DNA of 64,000 bases, taken from an uncultured Acidobacteriaceae bacterium (GTDB lineage Bacteria; Acidobacteriota; Terriglobia; Terriglobales; Acidobacteriaceae). The stretch lies in assembly GCA_963837245.1 (NCBI GenBank), contig CAWIMR010000029.1:347537-411536 (forward strand), written 5' to 3'. The notes beneath the pieces were generated by a model that worked only from the letters and a program-made list of their open reading frames with translations, was not told the origin of the DNA and did not search any database. Shown here one piece after another: positions 58,601-64,000 of the stretch. Position numbers and translations under genes: made by a program. Each line of letters starts with the position of its first letter. The first letter of the stretch is position 1.

Positions 58601-59953
58601 ATGAAAATCGCACTGGGTGTGAGCGGCGGCATCGCCGCCTACAAGGCCGCCGAGATTGTCCGCCAACTGCAGGAGCGCGGCATACGTGTGCAGGTCATCA
58701 TGACCGCCGCGGCGCAGGAGTTCGTTCGCCCGCTGACTTTCGCCGCGCTCTCCGGTGAAAAGGTCATCACCGGCATGTTCGGCGCGGGTGGCGAGCAGCC
58801 CAACCTCGACTCCGCCGTCGAACATATCTCCGTTGCGCAATCCATCGATGCACTGCTGGTTGCTCCGGCCACCGCTGACACCATCGCCAAATTCGCCCAG
58901 GGTCTCGCCAACGATTTCCTCAGCACCCTGTACCTCGCCACCACGGCCCCGGTGATCGTCGCGCCCGCCATGAACGTCAACATGTGGGAGCATCCCGCGA
59001 CGCAGGCGAATCTTGACATTCTGCGCCGTCGCGGCGTGCACGTCATCGAGCCGGGCAGCGGATATCTCGCTTGCGGGATGGTCGGCGCCGGCCGTCTCGC
59101 TGAACCCGAACAAATTGTTGCGGCTACGCTGGAGCGCCTCGGCGTCGCCCAGGATCTCGCGGGCGAGACCGTGCTCGTCACCGCCGGCCCGACTCACGAG
59201 CCCATCGATCCCGTGCGCTACATCGGCAATCGCTCCAGTGGCAAGATGGGCTACGCCCTCGCCGAAGCTGCGCTGCGTCGCGGCGCCAAAGTCATCCTGG
59301 TGAGCGGCCCGACCGCCTTGCAGCCGCCGTCCGCGGCCGAGACGATCTTCGTCGAAACTGCCCAGCAGATGCGCAGCGCGGTGCTCGATCGCTGGGAGCA
59401 GGCCAGCCTCATCATCATGGCGGCCGCCGTCGCCGACTACCATGTGAAGAACGTTGCGCAGGAAAAAATCAAGCGCACTACCGCGATCGAGTTGCAACTC
59501 GAGCCCAACCCCGACATCCTCGCCGATCTCGGCAGCCTGCGCCACGCAACCGGAAAGCGCTCGCCGGTACTGATCGGCTTTGCCGCCGAGACCGAGAAAC
59601 TGCTGGAGAACGCGCGCGCCAAGCTCACGAAGAAGCGCGTGGACGCCATCGTGCTGAACGACGTTTCGCGCTCGGACATCGGTTTCGACTCCGACCGCAA
59701 CGAAGTGACCATCGTTACTCCGAGTGAAACCATTTCCGTGCCCGAGGCAAGCAAGCTGGATGTCGCACAGAAAATCCTGCAACGCCGCCGTTCGCCTCCG
59801 CCAGCAACAGGCCGCGGAAGAAAAAATAACTACGCGATAACTATCCCCCTTTTCTTGTCATCACGAGCGGGCATTCAGCCCGCGAGCGGATACCGCTTTC
59901 CCTCATATTTTTGCCACCCACTCACACCTGCCGTAGAATCGCACCATCGATGA
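58601..59953 (+). CDS. coaBC: bifunctional phosphopantothenoylcysteine decarboxylase / phosphopantothenate-cysteine ligase
   Basis: IALGVSGGIAAYKAAEIVRQL (flavoprotein N-domain) and GKMGYALAEAA (ligase domain); 3' tail overlaps the next gene. Confidence 0.9.
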   Translation: MKIALGVSGGIAAYKAAEIVRQLQERGIRVQVIMTAAAQEFVRPLTFAALSGEKVITGMFGAGGEQPNLDSAVEHISVAQSIDALLVAPATADTIAKFAQGLANDFLSTLYLATTAPVIVAPAMNVNMWEHPATQANLDILRRRGVHVIEPGSGYLACGMVGAGRLAEPEQIVAATLERLGVAQDLAGETVLVTAGPTHEPIDPVRYIGNRSSGKMGYALAEAALRRGAKVILVSGPTALQPPSAAETIFVETAQQMRSAVLDRWEQASLIIMAAAVADYHVKNVAQEKIKRTTAIELQLEPNPDILADLGSLRHATGKRSPVLIGFAAETEKLLENARAKLTKKRVDAIVLNDVSRSDIGFDSDRNEVTIVTPSETISVPEASKLDVAQKILQRRRSPPPATGRGRKNNYAITIPLFLSSRAGIQPASGYRFPSYFCHPLTPAVESHHR

Positions 59954-60744
59954 CCCTCGACCCCAACACCAAATCCGCCCTGCGCGAGCGCCTCAACTTC
60001 TATCGTGAGCTGGGCGTCGGGCCGCTCTATCGCCGCGAGGTTCCGGAGCGTGCTGACGCGCCACGGCAGGAATCGCCCGATGCTGTCGTCGCGATCGAGA
60101 CTGTTGCCCCTTCCGAAGATCGGGCTTCTCTCCTGCAGGTTATCGCCGACGACATCGGTCCCAACTGCCAGCGCTGTAAGCTGGCCAAGCTTGGGCGCAA
60201 GCAGATCGTCTTCGGCACCGGCGATCCGCACGCCGAGCTCATGTTCATCGGCGAAGGTCCGGGCGCGGACGAAGATCAGCAGGGCCTGCCGTTCGTCGGA
60301 CGCGCCGGACAATTGCTCAACAACATGATTGCCGCCATGGGCCTCAAGCGCGAGCAGGTGTACATCGCCAACATTGTGAAGTGCCGGCCGCCGGGCAACC
60401 GCACGCCCGAGCGCGACGAGTGCGAAACCTGCTCGCCATTCCTGATGCGGCAGATCGGCGTCATCCGCCCGAAAGTCATCGTGGCGCTCGGCGCAACCGC
60501 CGCCAAGAACCTGCTCGGCGTGAACGACTCGATGGCCTCGATGCGCGGGCGCTTCTACGACTATTCACCGCCTCGCACCCTGATGGATGCCGGTGAGCCC
60601 TTGGCGTGCAAGCTGGCCGTCACCTACCATCCGGCGTTTTTGTTGCGCGATCCGCGGCAGAAGAAGGAAGCCTGGAAGGACCTGCAGATGGTCATGCGGT
60701 ATCTCGATCTGCCCGCGCCCAAGCGCGCGCCCGAAGGCAGCTAG
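59950..60744 (+). CDS. uracil-DNA glycosylase, family 4
   Basis: CQRCKL..GEGPGADEDQQGLPFVGRAGQLL..IVKCRPPGNRTP family-4 UDG motifs with Fe-S cysteines. Confidence 0.85.
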   Translation: MTLDPNTKSALRERLNFYRELGVGPLYRREVPERADAPRQESPDAVVAIETVAPSEDRASLLQVIADDIGPNCQRCKLAKLGRKQIVFGTGDPHAELMFIGEGPGADEDQQGLPFVGRAGQLLNNMIAAMGLKREQVYIANIVKCRPPGNRTPERDECETCSPFLMRQIGVIRPKVIVALGATAAKNLLGVNDSMASMRGRFYDYSPPRTLMDAGEPLACKLAVTYHPAFLLRDPRQKKEAWKDLQMVMRYLDLPAPKRAPEGS

Positions 60745-60750
60745 CCCATC

Positions 60751-63187
60751 ATGCCGCAATTCTGCGATGTGGCCGTGCCGGTCCCGCTCGACGCCACCTT
60801 CACCTACCGCCTTCCCGAGAACACGCCCGAGCCCTGCGTCGGCGGCCGCGTCATTGTGCCTTTCCGCGAGAAGCGGCTGAGCGGCATCGTCACCGAGCTG
60901 CACGATCGTGAACCCAAATTCCAGACCCGCCGCCTGAGCCAGGTACTGGACTCCACCCCCGCGCTAACAACCGAACTCATGCAACTGGGCCGCTGGATCG
61001 CCCAGTACTACATCGCCCCCATCGGCGAAGTCTTTCGCACCATGCTGCCGCTGTCCGCGGAGTTTCGGCGGGTCATCGGCTACCACATCACCGACAAAGG
61101 GATTGCTGCACTGCATGCTGCATCCACGGTCGGGTCTTCGTTGCGGTCGCAGAAAGAGCCCGAACACCAGATGCTGGAATATGCCGCATTAAACCGTCTT
61201 GCGGACGGCGAAGTCGTGCGCGAAGCCGCGCTGCGTTCGGCCTCTGGTGCAACAAAATCGGTGCTGCAGGCCATGCTGCGAAAGAAGTGGATTGCCCGCG
61301 ACGACCTCAGCGACGTACGCGATGCCAGCCGCACCGTGCAGATGGCGACGTTAAAGAACGCTGAAGGCAAGCTCAACGCCAACCAGCAGAAGATCGTGAA
61401 CTACCTGGGCAGCCAGGAAAACCGGCGCGCCCCGGTTGAAGCGGTTCGCCAACTGGACGTCCCGCGCACCACGCTGCAAACGCTGGTACGCCGCAGCATC
61501 GTCGAGCTGACCTACGAGCCGGCTACCTTCCACGTTTCCGGACTGAAGCCGCGCAAGCTGGAGTTCCTCTTCACGCCCGCGCAGAGACAAGCACTCGATA
61601 CGATCATCGGCGCCGTCGATGAGCGGAAGTTCCTGCCCATGCTGCTGCACGGCGTTACCGGCTCGGGCAAGACCGCCGTGTACCTGTCGGCGATGCAGGC
61701 GCTACTGGCCAAGGGCCGCTCGGCAATCCTTCTGGTTCCGGAGATCGGCCTCACCCCCGCCATGGCTGCTGATCTGCACCAGATCTTCGGCGATGAGGTT
61801 GCCATCCTCCATTCCGCGCTGAGCGATGACGAGCGTGCCGAGCAATGGAAGCGCATCCGCAATGGCGAGTCCCACATTGTGGTAGGCACACGCTCCGCCA
61901 TCTTCGCGCCCGTGCCCGATCTCGCGCTCATCGTGGTGGATGAGGAGCACGACCACTCCTACAAGCAGGAGGAAATGCCGCGCTACCACGCCCGCGATGT
62001 GGCCGTGATGCGCGCCAAAATGTGCAACGCCGCCGTTGTGCTCGGGTCGGCCACGCCGTCGCTGGAAACGTATTACAACGCGGTGCAGGGCAAGTATCGT
62101 CTGCTGGAGCTGCCGGAGCGCATCGAGAAGCGCCCGCTGCCCGAGGTCGAAATCCTCGACATGCGCGAGGAATTCCAGCGTACCCGCAAGGACGAACCGC
62201 TCTCCCGCAAGCTGGTTGCGGAAATCGGCGAGCGCCTGGCGCGCAACGAGCAGGTCATGGTGCTGCTGAACCGGCGCGGCTATTCCGCGTTCGTGCTCTG
62301 CCGCGAGTGCGGCGAGAGCGTGCAATGCAAGAACTGCGCCATCGCCATGACCTACCACAAGCGCGAGCACCGGCTCATGTGCCACTACTGCGGCTTCGCA
62401 GCGCCCCGCGCCCAAGACCTGCCCCCAGTGCGGCAGCGAGTACGTGCAGTATCTCGGCACCGGATCGGAAAAGCTGGAGCACATTCTGCACGGGCTGTTC
62501 CCCCAGGCGCGCATTGCCCGGCTCGACCGCGACACCGTCCACGGGCGCGACGACTTTGAGCGCATGTTGACCGCGCTGCACGCCGGCGAAATCGACCTGC
62601 TGGTAGGCACGCAGATGATCGCCAAGGGGCATGACGTGGCCAACGTCACGCTGGTTGGCGTGGTCGGCTCCGACGCCGCGCTCAGCTTTCCCGACTTCCG
62701 CGCCGCCGAGCGCACCTTCCAGTTGCTCACCCAGGTCGCGGGACGCGCCGGCCGCGGCGACACGCCCGGCAAAGTCGTGCTGCAAACATTTTTTCCCGAC
62801 CACTACGCCATCCAGTTCGCCGCCGCGCACGACTACCACGGCTTCTACGAGAAGGAAGTGCGCTTCCGCAGTTGGATGCACTACCCGCCATTCGACGCCG
62901 TAAGCAACGTGCTGGTGCGCAGCCATAAACTTGACGAAGCGCTGGCCTGGTCGGGCATCCTGGGCAAGTGGTTCCACGGCACGCAGCTCGACGGCGTGCG
63001 CGTGATGGGACCGGCGGCGGCGGCCATCGTGCGGCTCAAGACCGAATACCGCTACCACTTTCTGCTGAAGTCGCGCAGCCGCGAGCGCATGAATGCCGTG
63101 CTGCGCTCCATGCTCGAACATGCGGCGGAGCAAAAGATCCCGCGCAACAACGTGGTGGTGGATGTGGATGCCCTGTCGCTGATTTAG
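60751..63187 (+). CDS. priA: primosomal protein N' (replication restart helicase), with a +1 frameshift near 62400-62415
   Basis: GVTGSGKT, DEEH helicase motifs in ORF 60751-62559. The Cys-rich region CRECGESVQCKNCAIAMTYH..CHYCGF continues as ..KTCPQCGSEYVQYLGTGSEKLE.. in ORF 62444-63187 after a C-run. Confidence 0.85.
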
Positions 63188-63520
63188 AAGTTTCCACCCG
63201 AGCAAAACCAGTCTGGGCGAAGTACCCGGCTTGCGACGATAGAGATCCGCCCATGATAACCGGCTGGTGGCGCAGAGGTGGTGAGGTAGCGCCAACTCGC
63301 TGGCCGATGAGCACTACCCACAATCCGCCACCGAGGGGGCATATCTTCGGCCGGGCTAGTTGTGTACTATTACGCCATCCCACGACTCAGGAAATGTCCC
63401 AGGTTACATCGTAGTTGGCGGTTTTCGCGGGCTTCTCTGCGCCCCTGTGCCGGCCTGCGTCAGGTGGGATAGGCCAAGTGCAATTCCAATACACACTTCA
63501 AGTTCAGACGGAGGAAACAC

Positions 63521-63920
63521 ATGCTGGGAGAATTACTCGGAGAAAATACTGGAAAGCGAATCGTAAGAAGGGTGCTGGGAACGAATCCCGCTGACGGCAG
63601 AGGTATCGTTTGAGGAAACCGGCACTATGCTGGGAGTCGCCACCAGCGGATTCGGGACCTACACTTCGGTTGTGCGACCGGACGGGAGCATCTACGGAGA
63701 AGGTCATGGCGGGCTATTCACATCGGATGGCGAGGGGGTCACCTGGAAAGGCTCGGGGTTGGGAAAATTCGGACCTGGCGGCGCCGTCAGTTATCGCGGG
63801 ATTCTGTATTTTCAGACCGCATCACAGAAGCTGGCGCGGCTGAATGCGACGCCTGGCGTCTTCGAATACGAGGTTGATACCGAAGGCAAGACGCACACCA
63901 AGATTTGGGAGTGGAAGTAG
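63521..63920 (+). CDS. hypothetical protein, possibly one ~130-aa gene split by a frameshift near 63565-63575
   Basis: ORF 63521-63613 (MLGELLGENTGKRIV...) and ORF 63627-63920 (MLGVATSG...EYEVDTEGKTHTKIWEWK). The frame of the second is open back to 63567 and reads RIPLTAEVSFEETGT before its ATG. Confidence 0.3.
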
Positions 63921-64000
63921 GTAGCTAGCCTGCTAGACTCAACCTGGAAAATCACAAACACCACAATTAGGAGAGGAAAACTGCATGAAGAGAATGCTGA

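Noticed and set aside
57558-59953. C-terminal extensions of Gmk (~40 aa) and CoaBC (~50 aa, overlapping the UDG start) as further frameshift sites
   Set aside because: The conserved domains are complete, and I cannot show the tails are out of frame without a reference ortholog. Possibly genuine extensions.
63262-63331. tRNA-like element (GGTGGCG ... CGCCACC 70 nt apart)
   Set aside because: The 7-bp terminal helix has tRNA-like spacing, but no D-arm, anticodon-arm or T-loop (GTTCRANYC) can be folded on either strand. It is just a long-range inverted repeat.

Overview
High-GC (~65%) chromosomal segment whose gene content suggests Acidobacteria (Carboxypeptidase-regulatory-domain TonB-dependent-receptor-like outer-membrane giants, MacB/FtsX 'ADOP' permease, sedolisin, PiT). 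About 55 genes, mostly housekeeping: glgC, folD, gltX, glnS, ispD, ispF, a yacL-like gene, def, rapZ, yicC, gmk, rpoZ, coaBC, a family-4 UDG and priA. The most interesting locus is 30996-32951. The ORF track shows one 651-aa protein there, but it is really a two-gene DyP-peroxidase cargo plus family-1 encapsulin shell operon. A canonical cargo-loading peptide (DGSLGIGSLKGD*) is readable in the -1 frame and its stop overlaps the encapsulin SD/ATG. Local indels have merged the two genes into one ORF. Other notable items: (1) a class C group II intron (reverse transcriptase/maturase, domains V/VI, 5' GUGUG) inserted exactly after the U-tract of an intrinsic terminator, between two paralogous ~1200-aa TonB-dependent-receptor-like genes, the downstream one broken by two frameshifts; (2) a split three-gene DsbD (ccdA - tlpA-like thioredoxin - DsbD-alpha-like); (3) a translationally coupled BNR beta-propeller / MoaD-ThiS-like Gly-Gly protein pair with no E1, MoaE or JAMM partner in the window; (4) frameshifts at homopolymers in at least five genes (SYLF, DyP, the TonB-dependent-receptor-like paralog, priA, a small 3' gene), suggesting either indel-prone assembly or real pseudogenes; (5) several repeat and palindrome clusters in unusually long intergenic regions (upstream of glnS, between ispF and ispD, upstream of the SYLF gene). 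No rRNA, tRNA or CRISPR was found.
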